From an uncultured Chloroflexia bacterium (GTDB lineage: Bacteria; Chloroflexota; Limnocylindria; Limnocylindrales; CSP1-4): a DNA stretch of 64,000 bases. A model generated the notes under the pieces. The model did no database searches and had not been told where the DNA came from. It worked only from the letters and a program-made list of their open reading frames with translations. Position 1 is the first letter of the stretch. The number at the start of each line of letters is the position of its first letter. The stretch is taken from positions 416,001 through 480,000 of the forward strand of contig CAWFXA010000002.1 in the NCBI GenBank assembly GCA_963819655.1, read 5' to 3'. Of this stretch, positions 54,659 through 64,000 are shown in pieces. Made by a program: the position numbers and the translations under genes.

Positions 54659-54793
54659 ATGAAGCGAACCTACCAGCCCAAGAAGCGCCATCGCGCCAAG
54701 GAGCACGGCTTTCGCGCCCGCATGAAGACCACGGCGGGGCGCCGCATCCTTGCCGCGCGGCGAGCTCGGGGTCGGAAGCGACTGACGGCCTGA
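54659..54793 (+). CDS. rpmH: 50S ribosomal protein L34
   Basis: [27 protein letters not shown]. Confidence 0.98.
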   Translation: MKRTYQPKKRHRAKEHGFRARMKTTAGRRILAARRARGRKRLTA

Positions 54794-54825
54794 CAAGCGA
54801 TCGCGGCATATCCACGCCGCGACTC

Positions 54826-55161
54826 ATGATGCTCTCCCGACCGCAGGACTTCGCGGCGATCCAGGAGGCGGGAACGACCAAGTCCCACGCCCTGCTCTCC
54901 GCCCGGTTCCTGCGGACCGATCTCGAGACGACCCGCTTCGGGCTCGCGACCGGCCGCCGCATCGGCAAAGCGGTGGTCCGCAACCGGGTCCGGCGCCGAA
55001 TCCGAGAGGTGCTCAGGGTGATGACACCCTCGTTCCAGCCCGGCTGGGACGTCCTCATCATCGCCCGGCCTGCGATCGTCGAGGCCGACCACGACGCGCT
55101 GGTCGGGGCGTTGCAGCGAACGCTCGTTCGAGGGGGCGTGCTCGAAGGGATCAAACCATGA
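54826..55161 (+). CDS. rnpA: Ribonuclease P protein component
   Basis: [23 protein letters not shown] motif; synteny with rpmH. Confidence 0.95.
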   Translation: MMLSRPQDFAAIQEAGTTKSHALLSARFLRTDLETTRFGLATGRRIGKAVVRNRVRRRIREVLRVMTPSFQPGWDVLIIARPAIVEADHDALVGALQRTLVRGGVLEGIKP

Positions 55162-55364
55162 AGCAGATCGGGATCGGGCTCATCAAGCTCTACCGGATCG
55201 TGTTCGCGTGGCTTCCGCCGTCTTGCCGGTTCGAGCCCACCTGCTCGCACTACACGGAGCAGGCCATCGCCAAGTACGGGCTGCTGAAAGGGAGCTGGAT
55301 GGGGGCCAAGCGCATCGCTCGATGTCACCCATGGAACCCGGGTGGGTATGACCCTGTCCGCTAG
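55158..55364 (+). CDS. yidD: Membrane protein insertion efficiency factor
   Basis: [27 protein letters not shown]. Confidence 0.96.
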   Translation: MKQIGIGLIKLYRIVFAWLPPSCRFEPTCSHYTEQAIAKYGLLKGSWMGAKRIARCHPWNPGGYDPVR

Positions 55365-55379
55365 CGAGGCCGCCCGCCC

Positions 55380-56546
55380 GTGACCCTGTCCCCCGCCGCG
55401 CGCCGGATGCTGCCGGCGCTCCTCATCGCTCTCGTCATCCCGATCGTCGCCGCGTGCATCCCGGGTGTCACCGGCGTCCCCGGCTCGTCCCCCACGCCAC
55501 CTGCCCCTCCGCTGACCCCGGCTCCCGCGGGGGCCGACCCGGTCAGCCTGCTCGCGTGGCTCTTCACCCCGATCTTCCAGGCGATGTTCATCGTGATGGT
55601 CGCGGTCTACGAGTTCCTGTACAACCTCGGTTTTCCTGGCGCCATCGCCTGGGCCATCGTCGTGTTGACCCTCGTCGTGCGGGCCGTCCTGATCCCGCTG
55701 TACCGAAAGCAGCTGGTCTCGCAACGGCGGATGCAGCTCCTCCAGCCGGAGCTCAAGGAGATCCAGCGGCGCTTCAAAGGCGACTCGATGAAGGTCCGCC
55801 TGGCCCAGCAGGAACTGATGCGCGAGCGAGGCGTCAACGCGCTCGCCGGCTGTCTGCCGCTCCTTCTCCAGCTGCCACTGCTCTTCATCATGTACTCGGT
55901 CATCCAGAACGGACTCACGAACGTCGACCCGAGCGCGATGCTGACGGTCTTCGGGCAACAGGTCGTGCCGTTGACCTGCACCAACCTCGATCCGGTCACC
56001 GGGGTCCCGAATGCCGCCCTCGGCCCATGCATCGACACGGTCATCCCATTCTTCGGCACGTCGATCGACGTGAGCCAGCCGTCGACGCTCTTTGCGATCG
56101 CCGGCTTCGGCATCAGCATCCTGGCGATCCTGTCCGCATTGCTGCAGCTGGTGCAGTCGCGGATGATGCTCCCGCCGGCCGACCCGACCAACGACGATCC
56201 CAACGTCCGGATCCAGCGCCAGATGATGCTGTTCCTGCCGATCATCTCGGTCGTGTACGGCGGCTTCCTGCCGGCCGGGCTGTTCATCTACTGGATCGTT
56301 GCCACGATCTTCTCGATCATCCAGCAGTACCTGATCGTCGGCTGGGGCGCCATGTTCCCGATCTTCGGGTGGACCCCGGCCTTCGCGGTCGACCACACCC
56401 CGCGCTTCCCGGTGTCCATGCCACCGCCACCAGAGCCCAGTAAGCGTGCGGCCATCCTGACCGACGCACAGAAGAAGACGACGGCCGACAAGACGATCCG
56501 CCACCGCGAGCGTGGCCGTCAGGGCCGACGAGGGAGACGACGCTGA
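55380..56546 (+). CDS. yidC: Membrane protein insertase YidC (lipobox-like N-terminus)
   Basis: AIVVLTLVVR, MQLLQPEL, GCLPLLLQLP and PAGLFIYW motifs; IVAAC lipobox-like sequence. Confidence 0.95.
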   Translation: MTLSPAARRMLPALLIALVIPIVAACIPGVTGVPGSSPTPPAPPLTPAPAGADPVSLLAWLFTPIFQAMFIVMVAVYEFLYNLGFPGAIAWAIVVLTLVVRAVLIPLYRKQLVSQRRMQLLQPELKEIQRRFKGDSMKVRLAQQELMRERGVNALAGCLPLLLQLPLLFIMYSVIQNGLTNVDPSAMLTVFGQQVVPLTCTNLDPVTGVPNAALGPCIDTVIPFFGTSIDVSQPSTLFAIAGFGISILAILSALLQLVQSRMMLPPADPTNDDPNVRIQRQMMLFLPIISVVYGGFLPAGLFIYWIVATIFSIIQQYLIVGWGAMFPIFGWTPAFAVDHTPRFPVSMPPPPEPSKRAAILTDAQKKTTADKTIRHRERGRQGRRGRRR

Positions 56547-56548
56547 CC

Positions 56549-57577
56549 ATGAGTGCCTACAAGGAATTCTCCGGCAAGACCGTCGAAGAGGCGCTGAAGG
56601 CCGCCCGGGACGAGTTCGGCGCGGAGCTCAACGACCTCGACTTCGAGATCCTCACGCCGGGCAGCCGCGGCGTCCTCGGGATGGGCGCAGAGCCCGCGCG
56701 GATCGTCGCTGCGCCGCGTACTGCGCTCGGCGGAGCCGCGCCCAAGCGGGATGCCGCGGCGGCCGTCCCGCTCCCCCGCCCGCCGGCGCGCGAGTTCGAC
56801 GACCGCCCCGACCGCGGCCCGCGCCGTGACGATCGAGGCGATCGAGGTCCCCGCCGCGATGACCGCGGCGACCGCGGCCCACGACGTGACGATCGACCGC
56901 TCGAGTCCACTGGGGTTGACCGCGCCCCCGACACCGCTCCCCGCCCCGACCGCGCCCCGCGCCGCGATGACCGGCCGCGCGAGGATCGCGGCCCGCGCGG
57001 CCCACGCCGCGGCGGAGCCGATGTCTCGGCGTCGGAGGCCGCCGAAGTGGCCGCCGCCCGTGGGTCCCTCGCCGCCGAGCGCGCCGACCTCGAGGCCGCC
57101 GAGGCGTCGCCCGAAGCGCTCGCCGCCGGCCAGAGGATCCTCGAGACGCTGATGACCCATCTCGGGTTCGATGCCAAGGTCGAAGTCGCCGCAGGCGAGA
57201 CCAGCCGCCTGAACGTCGTCGCCCAGGGCGACGACCGCGACTCGCTCGGCGCCCTCATCGGGCGCAAGGGCGAGCGGCTCTCGGCCCTGCAGCACCTCGT
57301 GAACCTGATGCTGTCCAAGGAGATGGGCTCCTGGACTCGGGTGCTGGTCGACGTCGAGGATTACCGCGGCCGCCGCGAACGGCAGCTCCGCGAGCTCGCG
57401 GACCGCGCCGCAGCCCGGGTCATGGAGACCGGCAAGATGCTCCAGCTCGAACCGATGCCGGCCCTGGAGCGCCGCTGGATCCACCTGTCGCTGCGCGACC
57501 ACGCAGGCGTCGCGACGCAGTCGATCGGTGAGGAGCCGAACCGCCGCGTCGTGCTCGTCCCTCGCGGTGGCGGCTGA
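56549..57577 (+). CDS. jag: Jag/EloR (KhpB) RNA-binding protein
   Basis: GKTVEEAL Jag_N domain, KH LIGRKGE.L.ALQ, R3H ERRWIH..S.GEEPNRRV. Confidence 0.95.
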   Translation: MSAYKEFSGKTVEEALKAARDEFGAELNDLDFEILTPGSRGVLGMGAEPARIVAAPRTALGGAAPKRDAAAAVPLPRPPAREFDDRPDRGPRRDDRGDRGPRRDDRGDRGPRRDDRPLESTGVDRAPDTAPRPDRAPRRDDRPREDRGPRGPRRGGADVSASEAAEVAAARGSLAAERADLEAAEASPEALAAGQRILETLMTHLGFDAKVEVAAGETSRLNVVAQGDDRDSLGALIGRKGERLSALQHLVNLMLSKEMGSWTRVLVDVEDYRGRRERQLRELADRAAARVMETGKMLQLEPMPALERRWIHLSLRDHAGVATQSIGEEPNRRVVLVPRGGG

Positions 57578-57692
57578 CGACCGGTCAGGTCGTAGGCGCC
57601 TCGCGGCCGTAACGGAAACCTGTCCTTCCGCGTCTCCAAGGCACCCAGATGCAACCAGAACGTTTGCTCACGGCTGCTAGGATGTCGCCTCC

Positions 57693-59531
57693 ATGACCAC
57701 GACCACGCCCGAGACGGTCCTGATCGAGACCCCGGAAACGCGCCGATCGTCGACCCGTCTCCGCTTTGCCGTCGCGTTCCTGGTCGGTCTGATCGCATCG
57801 ATGGCGATCGGCGTGGGCGCGCTGTACGCCTACGACCGCCAGTACGTAGGGCGGATCCTGCCCGGCGTTGCCGTCGGGTCGCTCGATGTGTCCGGGCTGG
57901 ACGCGGTCGCGGCGGGCGCCGCGATCCGGCAGGTCTATGGATACCTGGGCGAGGGCTCGATCACGTTCAAGACGCGGGAAAGCGTGCGCACGGTCAGCTT
58001 CGCCGAGATCGGCCGCGGACCGGACGTGGACGCCATGGTCGCCGAGGCGCTCGCGGTCGGCCGCGACGGCAACGCGGTCGAGCGGTTCATCGCCGATGCC
58101 CGCACTGCGCTCCGGGGCGTGTCGCTGACGCCGAAGGTCACCTTCGATGCCGACGCTCTCGCCGAGCACGGCCTGGCGTTCGCCGACTCGCTCGCGCGTG
58201 AGCCGCAGGATGCCTGGGTCGCTGTCGTCGGCAAGGAGTTTGCCGTGGTGCCGGCCATCGATGGCCGGTTGGCCGACCCGGCGGTGCCGGTCGAGGCGGC
58301 CCTGGCCGACCTCGGCGAGCTGACTGCCCAGCCGGAGCTCACCTACGAGATGCCAGTCAGCGCCGTCCCGCCGGCCACCACGACCGACGAGGCCACGGTC
58401 GCCAAGACCGACGCCGAGCGGATCACCGCACCGATCCTGTTCGCCGGTAGGGCGCAGGACCAGCAGATCACCGCCGCACGACTGCGGACGTGGCTGTCGT
58501 TCGGGCCCACGGCCGATGGCGGGTACGGCGTCTCCGTCGATACGTCCGGTCTCGAGGCCCTGCTCAAGAAGGTGGCCAAGAACGTCGATCGGGCACCGGT
58601 CAACGCGTCCTTCAGGACGAGCGGCTCGCGGATCACAGGTGTGACGGAGAGCCAGACCGGTTACAAGCTCGACCTGGCTGCCACGAAGCAGCAGGTCCAG
58701 GACCTCATCGACGCACGCGTCGCCGGTGGGACGACTGCAGCGCTCGAGCCGGCGATCAAGGTCCTGCAGCCGCGACTGACCACCGAGGAAGCCCAGGCCG
58801 CCCGTCCGAAGATGCGCAAGATCTCGCAGTGGACGACCTACTTCCCGATCGGTGAGAAGAACGGCTTCGGTGCCAACATCTGGATCCCCGCGCGCCTCAT
58901 CAACGGCTACGTCGTCGCACCGGGCGCGACGTTCGACTTCTGGAATGCCGTCGGTTCGGTGACGCGCGCGAAGGGCTATCGCTCGGGCGGCGCGATCATC
59001 AACGGACGCACCGAACCGCAGGGCGCCCTGGCCGGCGGCATCTGCTCGTGCTCCACGACCCTGTTCAACGCGGCAGCTCGCGCGGGCTACAAGATGGGCG
59101 CCCGGCGCAATCACTACTACTACATCGACCGCTATCCGGTGGGCCTCGACGCGACCGTGTTCATCAGCGCGTCCGGCTCGAAACAGACGATGTCGTTCAC
59201 CAATGACACCGATTACCCGCTGCTGATCCGCGGCCTCGGCTGGAAGAACGGGGGCAAGGGCTACGTCAAATTCGAGATCTACAGCGTCCCGACCGGCCGG
59301 AAAGTGTCCTTCGCGACCGGACAGCGGCGGAACTACCGGTCGGCGACCGACACCATCCAGTACACGAACAGCCTGCCGTCGGGTGCCGCGAAGCGGATCG
59401 AATACCCGGTCGCCGGCTTCCAGGTGACGGTCGTGCGGACCGTTCGTGACAAGTCGGGCAAGGTCATCCACAGGAACACCTGGTTCTCCAACTACGCGCG
59501 CATCACAGGCATCACGCTCGTCGGTCGCTGA
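57693..59531 (+). CDS. VanW-family protein with PG-binding repeats and a G5-like tail
   Basis: TM, ILPGV.VG, ING.VV.PG.TF.F, GGIC..STTLFNA and RYPVGLDAT motifs. Confidence 0.88.
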   Translation: MTTTTPETVLIETPETRRSSTRLRFAVAFLVGLIASMAIGVGALYAYDRQYVGRILPGVAVGSLDVSGLDAVAAGAAIRQVYGYLGEGSITFKTRESVRTVSFAEIGRGPDVDAMVAEALAVGRDGNAVERFIADARTALRGVSLTPKVTFDADALAEHGLAFADSLAREPQDAWVAVVGKEFAVVPAIDGRLADPAVPVEAALADLGELTAQPELTYEMPVSAVPPATTTDEATVAKTDAERITAPILFAGRAQDQQITAARLRTWLSFGPTADGGYGVSVDTSGLEALLKKVAKNVDRAPVNASFRTSGSRITGVTESQTGYKLDLAATKQQVQDLIDARVAGGTTAALEPAIKVLQPRLTTEEAQAARPKMRKISQWTTYFPIGEKNGFGANIWIPARLINGYVVAPGATFDFWNAVGSVTRAKGYRSGGAIINGRTEPQGALAGGICSCSTTLFNAAARAGYKMGARRNHYYYIDRYPVGLDATVFISASGSKQTMSFTNDTDYPLLIRGLGWKNGGKGYVKFEIYSVPTGRKVSFATGQRRNYRSATDTIQYTNSLPSGAAKRIEYPVAGFQVTVVRTVRDKSGKVIHRNTWFSNYARITGITLVGR

Positions 59532-61333
59532 GCCTGCCGCGTAGTCGTCGGAGGACCTCTCCAAGGCCGCGTGGACGGCTCTCGTCGACGACGACCGCCC
59601 GCCCGCGCAGGCCTTGCGCGATCGCCTCGGCCTCCACAGCGCTGAGGCCGAACCGCCGCAGCGCGTAGCGTGCCATCTGCACGGCCAGCTCGCGCTCACC
59701 GTGGATCGCCTGCACCTTGGCCCCGAGTGAGCGCATGTGCGCCGCCTCGGTGTCGCTGTGGGTCCGCACGATGAGGTCGACACCCGGGTTCATCGCCCGG
59801 ACGCGCTCGACTATGAGCCGCGTCTCGTTGGGCTCGGCCGTCGCGACCACGACCAGGCGAGCGTGCGACAGATCTGCCATCTCGAGCACAGCCTGGTTCG
59901 CGGCATCGCCATAGATGGCAATGACGCCGGTGGCGCGCAGTCGATCGACCTCGTTGCGCTGCTGGGTGATCACGACGTAGCGGAAGCCGCGCCGCTCGAA
60001 CGCCGGGCCGATCAGCCGGCCGACCCGCCCGTAGCCGCAGATGATCGCGTGGAGTCGGAGGGTCTCGCGCTCCTCGGGCCGGAGCCGCGCCAAGTCGCCG
60101 GCCCGCCGGTCCATCAACCTGGTCATCACGCGACTATCCCGGAGCCGTGCCTCGAGCGGCGGGATCAGGCCGAACAGGAACGGGTTGAGCGTGATCGACA
60201 GGAGGGCCCCCGCGACGATCAATTGGTAGCCCTCTTCCGGGAGCAGGCCTAGCGAGCGGCCCACCGTTCCGACGATGAACGAGAACTCGCCGATCTGGGC
60301 CAGGCCCGCGGCGACGGTGAGCGCGACCCGTGGCGGATAGCCGGCGACCGCGACGACGACGAACTTCGTGACCGCCTTGCCGACGACGATCAGGGCCAGC
60401 ACCGCGAGCACTGGCCCCGGGTTCGCGAGGAGATAGGTCGGGTCGAGCAGCATGCCGACCGACACGAAGAACAGGACCGCGAAGGCGTCGCGCAACGGGA
60501 GGGCGTCCGCCGCCGCCTGGTGGCTCATGTCGGACTCGCCAACGACCGCGCCGGCCAGGAACGCGCCGAGCGCGAAAGACACCCCGAAGACGCTCGATGA
60601 GACGTATGCCAGGCCGAGCGCGATCGCCAGCACCGCCAGGGAGAACAGCTCGCGCGAGCCCTCGCGCGCGACCACCAGCATCAGCCACGGGACGAGCCGC
60701 GCACCGGCCACCACCATGAGGATCGCGAAGATCGCGGCCTTGCCGACGGCGAGGGCGATCGCGATCATCGGGTTGGTGCCGGCCGCGTCGGGCGGGCTCG
60801 TCCCGCCGACCATGGGCGCGATGGTCGGGAGCAGCACGAGCACCACCACCGCCAGCAGGTCCTCGACGATCAGCCAGCCAACGGCGATCTGCCCCTGCAG
60901 CGTGTCCTGCTCGTTCCGGTCGGCGAGCAGGCGCAACAGCACGACCGTACTCGCGATCGAGAGCGCCAACCCGAGGACCAGTCCCGCCACCGACGCCCCA
61001 ACCGAGCGCGGCCCCGAGCCACAGACCGAGCGCGACGCCCACGATCGTCTGGATGAGCGCCCCGGGGATGGCGATCGAGCGGACGGCGAGGAGGTCGCGG
61101 ATCGAGAAATGGATCCCGACGCCGAACATCAGCAGGATCACGCCGACCTCGGCCAGCTGGGTCGCTATCTCGACGTCGGCGATGAGGCCCGGCGTGAACG
61201 GACCGATCGCCACCCCGGCGAGGATGTACCCGACCAGCGCGGGCAGCCCGAGCCGGCGCGCGATGAAACCGCCGATGAACGCAGCGGTCAGGCCGATCGC
61301 GATAGTCGAGATGAGAACGGGCTCGTGGTCCAT
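59512..61333 (-). CDS. CPA2 cation:proton antiporter (YbaL/Kef-like) with TrkA-N domain, frameshifted at ~60990
   Basis: GYILAGV.IGP.TPG, LAEVGVILLMFGVG, ASTVV, GWLIVEDL, LAQIGEFSF and ICGYGRVG motifs. Confidence 0.9.
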
Positions 61334-61438
61334 GGCTCTTCCCGATCGGACGGGGGTGGTGCGCAGGACTGGCGCGGGTCCGTGCCAGAACGACGGCTGG
61401 TGGCCGCCTCACGATACCCGACGCCGTAGCCTGTACCG

Positions 61439-61933
61439 GTGGACATCGAACACGAGCGAGCGTCGATCCCTCCGCCATCGAAGGAGCGGCGCTGGGACAT
61501 CGATGAGCGCGGGGAGGGCATTGGGGACGCCAACGCCGAGGCGCGCCGGGTCGACGACCTGCGCGCCCACGCCGAACGGCCGGGCTGGGTCGCCGAGGAG
61601 CCCGAGGCGCACCTGTGGCCGCATCTCGAGCGAGCGATCCAGGAGCCGGGTTCGCCCTGGGTCTCGGTGGACCACGCCATCGACGAGGACGGACGTCTCA
61701 TCGTCGACCTCGTCCACGCGCCGGTCGAGGGCGACCGGGCGCGAGCGGGCGTTCAAGTCGACGTGCTGCGTCTCGTGGGCCTGGTCATCGAAGGCGCGAC
61801 GTTCGTCGAGATCGAGGAGCGCGGCCTCGACGACGCGCTCGTCATCGACGTCGTGACCGGGATGCTGGACGACCAGACGCCGTTCAAGGCGCACGGCCAC
61901 ACACTCAGATTCCGGGTGACGACCGCCAGCTGA
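61439..61933 (+). CDS. Hypothetical protein
   Basis: Globular-looking acidic 164-aa ORF (WVAEEPEAHL, VTGML...F..HGH) with a -10-like TAGCCT 6 nt upstream. Confidence 0.7.
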   Translation: MDIEHERASIPPPSKERRWDIDERGEGIGDANAEARRVDDLRAHAERPGWVAEEPEAHLWPHLERAIQEPGSPWVSVDHAIDEDGRLIVDLVHAPVEGDRARAGVQVDVLRLVGLVIEGATFVEIEERGLDDALVIDVVTGMLDDQTPFKAHGHTLRFRVTTAS

Positions 61934-62038
61934 CCTCCGTAGGCGAGGCGGCCAGACACGATCCAGCCCCGGGCCCGGCACGAGATGTGCCGCTGGTCCG
62001 GGGCCGAGAGGGAGGTTCGGCCGGGAGGACGCTCCCGA

Positions 62039-62629
62039 TCAACCCGGGGTGTCGAGGCCTTCCTGGAGGAACGACTCGACCTGGGCGGCCGAGATGTCAC
62101 GATCGAACGTCAGCTCGAGGATACGGCCCTCGCCCATCGCGTCGGCCGGACCGCTCGGCGCGGGCTGGACGAGGACGAACCGCAGACCGGCGCCGGCCGG
62201 ATCGACGAACAGCGACAGCGCGTTGTCGATCGGGTAATCCGTCCAACTGAGACGCAGCGTCCGTGGGTCGATGTTCTCGACCTGGACGGTGTATGGCTCG
62301 ACCGTCGCTCCGTCGCCTGGCTGCCCGGTCGTCGCGACTTGAAGGAAGCCGCTCCGATCGAGGATGTCGACATATACGTCCTGGCCGGTCGTGCTGTCCA
62401 GCTCGACACGGATCGGCAGCAGGTCCGTGCCGGGCTCCTGGCTCGGGACGGGTGCGGGCGTCGCCGGAGCCTGGGTGTTCGGCGCGGGGACCGCGGTCGG
62501 TGCGGGAGCGGGAGGCTCGGTGGGGGCCTGGCCCGCCGCGCCGGCGCTGCATGCCGCGAGCACCGCCGCGATCGCGAGGGCCGCGATCACCGGCGCAAAC
62601 CGGGATCGAGCGTTCGTGGTGGAGAACAT
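62039..62629 (-). CDS. Hypothetical lipoprotein
   Basis: Signal peptide with VLAAC lipobox and Pro/Thr linker; SD-like AAAGGGA. Confidence 0.75.
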   Translation of the reverse strand: MFSTTNARSRFAPVIAALAIAAVLAACSAGAAGQAPTEPPAPAPTAVPAPNTQAPATPAPVPSQEPGTDLLPIRVELDSTTGQDVYVDILDRSGFLQVATTGQPGDGATVEPYTVQVENIDPRTLRLSWTDYPIDNALSLFVDPAGAGLRFVLVQPAPSGPADAMGEGRILELTFDRDISAAQVESFLQEGLDTPG

Positions 62630-62772
62630 GGTCGTGGTCCCTTTCAGTGGTCCATCCATGACGGTCGTCTCGACCGCCTGCACCATGGATGAGGGACCGA
62701 AGGCGGCGTTCCTTCGAAGTCTTGGGGCCGTGTCGGCTAGTTGACAGCGTCCGTCGATGCCGGTCCCGTCGA

Positions 62773-62801
62773 TTGGCCCTGGCGGCGACGCGTGGTAACA
62801 T
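62773..62801 (+). promoter_or_regulatory. Promoter of ssrA
   Basis: TTGGCC-n17-TAACAT with extended TG. Confidence 0.6.
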
Positions 62802-62834
62802 TCGTGAACAAACCGAACCGACGTTCGGTCCTGT

Positions 62835-63210
62835 GGGGATGCGTGGTTTCGACAGGGCTTGGTTGTCGGAGAGTGCGAGCCGAGGATGCTGCTCAGGCCT
62901 CGTTAATCAGGCAGCAAAACGAAGTACCTGGCAACCGCCAGTCGACTCTCGCCCTCGCCGCTTAGGCGGTAAGGTGAGCGTGGAAGCTACCTCCGCTCCG
63001 CGGGTAGTGGAAGCGTCATGCAGCGGGGCTGCGATCCGGATGAGCGTCGCGTAGTCCGGAGTCAAGCCCGATCTAGGGACACGTGACTGGACCGTCCGGC
63101 AGGGTGCCGATGCCCGATCGGGCGGTTGACGACAAAGCATCGGACACGCTCGTAGTGGTCTCCGGCGAAGGGTCTTGGACGGGGAGTTCGACTCTCCCCC
63201 ATCTCCACCA
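62835..63210 (+). ncRNA. ssrA: tmRNA
   Basis: 5' GGGGATG..TTCGAC and 3' GTTCGACTC..CATCTCCACCA with a G3.U acceptor pair; tag frame GNRQSTLALAA* (62930-62965). Confidence 0.97.
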
Positions 63211-63271
63211 CCTTGTTCCTGCTGTCCCAGTCGATCGGAAACGGGACCGCGCCAGTCATTAGGCTGGCAGC

Positions 63272-63676
63272 GTGCAGGTCTTTCGCCCGTCCGACATCGA
63301 TCTCGAGGGGACGACCGCGCCGGCTCGCGGCTTCGCCGGCGCATCGGCACCCGGTGGCGTGATCGCTCGCTCGGCAGCACGCCTGCAATCGGCGGATGGC
63401 GGCTTGCGGAGCGGCGTCTGGGAGAGCGAGGCAGGCACGGCGGAGTACGTCTTCAGCGTCGATGAATGGGCCTACATCCTTGAGGGCGAGGCGACGGTGA
63501 CCGCGTCCGGCGCGACGCACGTGCTCCGGGCCGGTGACGTGTTCTACACCCCGGCGGGCGAACGCATGAGATGGGTTGTCACCGCCCATGTCCGCAAGGT
63601 CTGGGTGCATCGGCGGCCGCCGCTTCGCGGACGGATCAGGCGCAAGCTGGCCCGCTTGGTCGCTCGCGTCAGGTAG
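63272..63676 (+). CDS. Cupin (DUF861/EutQ-like) protein
   Basis: SGVWESEAG, DEWAYILEGEATV, L.AGD.FY.P.G and VRKVW motifs. Confidence 0.85.
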   Translation: MQVFRPSDIDLEGTTAPARGFAGASAPGGVIARSAARLQSADGGLRSGVWESEAGTAEYVFSVDEWAYILEGEATVTASGATHVLRAGDVFYTPAGERMRWVVTAHVRKVWVHRRPPLRGRIRRKLARLVARVR

Positions 63677-63714
63677 GCCCGACGGGCCGGCCACGCGCCG
63701 CTACGATGGCGGGC

Positions 63715-64000
63715 ATGCGGCTGACGGCGTGGGAGGAGGAGCGGCTCCTCATCTTCACGGCGGCCGAGCTGGCCCGGCGTCACCGGGATCGGGGCCTCCT
63801 CCTGAACGCGCCTGAGGCGGTCGCGCTCATCTGCGACGCCATGCTCGAGGCAGCCCGCGCGAGCGCGAGCTACGCCGAGGTCGAGGCTGCGGGACGGGCG
63901 GCCGCACAGCCGGACCAGGTGCTCCCCGGGGTGGCCGCCCTCGTCGGCGACGTCCGGCTGGAGGTGTTGATGGACGATGGCGTCCGGCTCGTCGTCCTGC
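63715..64000 (+). CDS. ureA: Urease gamma subunit-like protein (partial, runs off the window)
   Basis: MRLTAWEEERLLIF.AAELARR...GLLLNAPEAVALI....LEAAR...LPGV...VRLE....DG. Confidence 0.85.
   Translation, partial: MRLTAWEEERLLIFTAAELARRHRDRGLLLNAPEAVALICDAMLEAARASASYAEVEAAGRAAAQPDQVLPGVAALVGDVRLEVLMDDGVRLVVL

Noticed and set aside
56800-57010. DRGPRRDDRG-type tandem repeats in jag
   Set aside because: In-frame low-complexity linker with synonymous variation; variable linkers are common in Jag proteins.
63211-64000. Integrated element at the tmRNA 3' end
   Set aside because: No integrase, no att duplication and no evident compositional shift; ordinary cupin and ureA genes follow.

Overview
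A 64 kb, very GC-rich bacterial chromosome segment spanning the replication origin. The lineage is probably Chloroflexota, inferred from protein style and gene content. In order, it holds: the purH 3' end, glpX, a YeiH-type exporter, an MBL-rhodanese, kynureninase, an F420-type LLM oxidoreductase, folK, a CofC-like protein and a MidA/NDUFAF7 methyltransferase; a complex I (nuo) operon; otsB, TlpA, a sortase-like protein, CorA and an MFS transporter; an ArsR-led inositol-glycolipid (PIM-like) operon facing a GT-C/PMT glycosylation cluster; DUF151, a rhomboid and a PP2C-like membrane protein; dciA-recF-dnaN-oriC-dnaA and rpmH-rnpA-yidD-yidC-jag; then VanW, a Kef-type antiporter, tmRNA, a cupin and the start of ureA. 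Two observations stand out. (1) nuoI is split in two. An electron-input cassette (NuoE N-domain, degenerate NuoF, NuoG/GltD-type flavoprotein) sits inside it and is fused to both halves. (2) A covarying hairpin element occurs in three intra-operon spacers. These spacers and two others are each spanned exactly by short 'bridge' ORFs that overlap the upstream stop and the downstream start, which suggests a translational-relay arrangement. At least four single-base frameshifts look like sequence errors. No CRISPR array, rRNA, tRNA, transposase or integrase was seen. All calls come from reading motifs by eye; no database searches were run.
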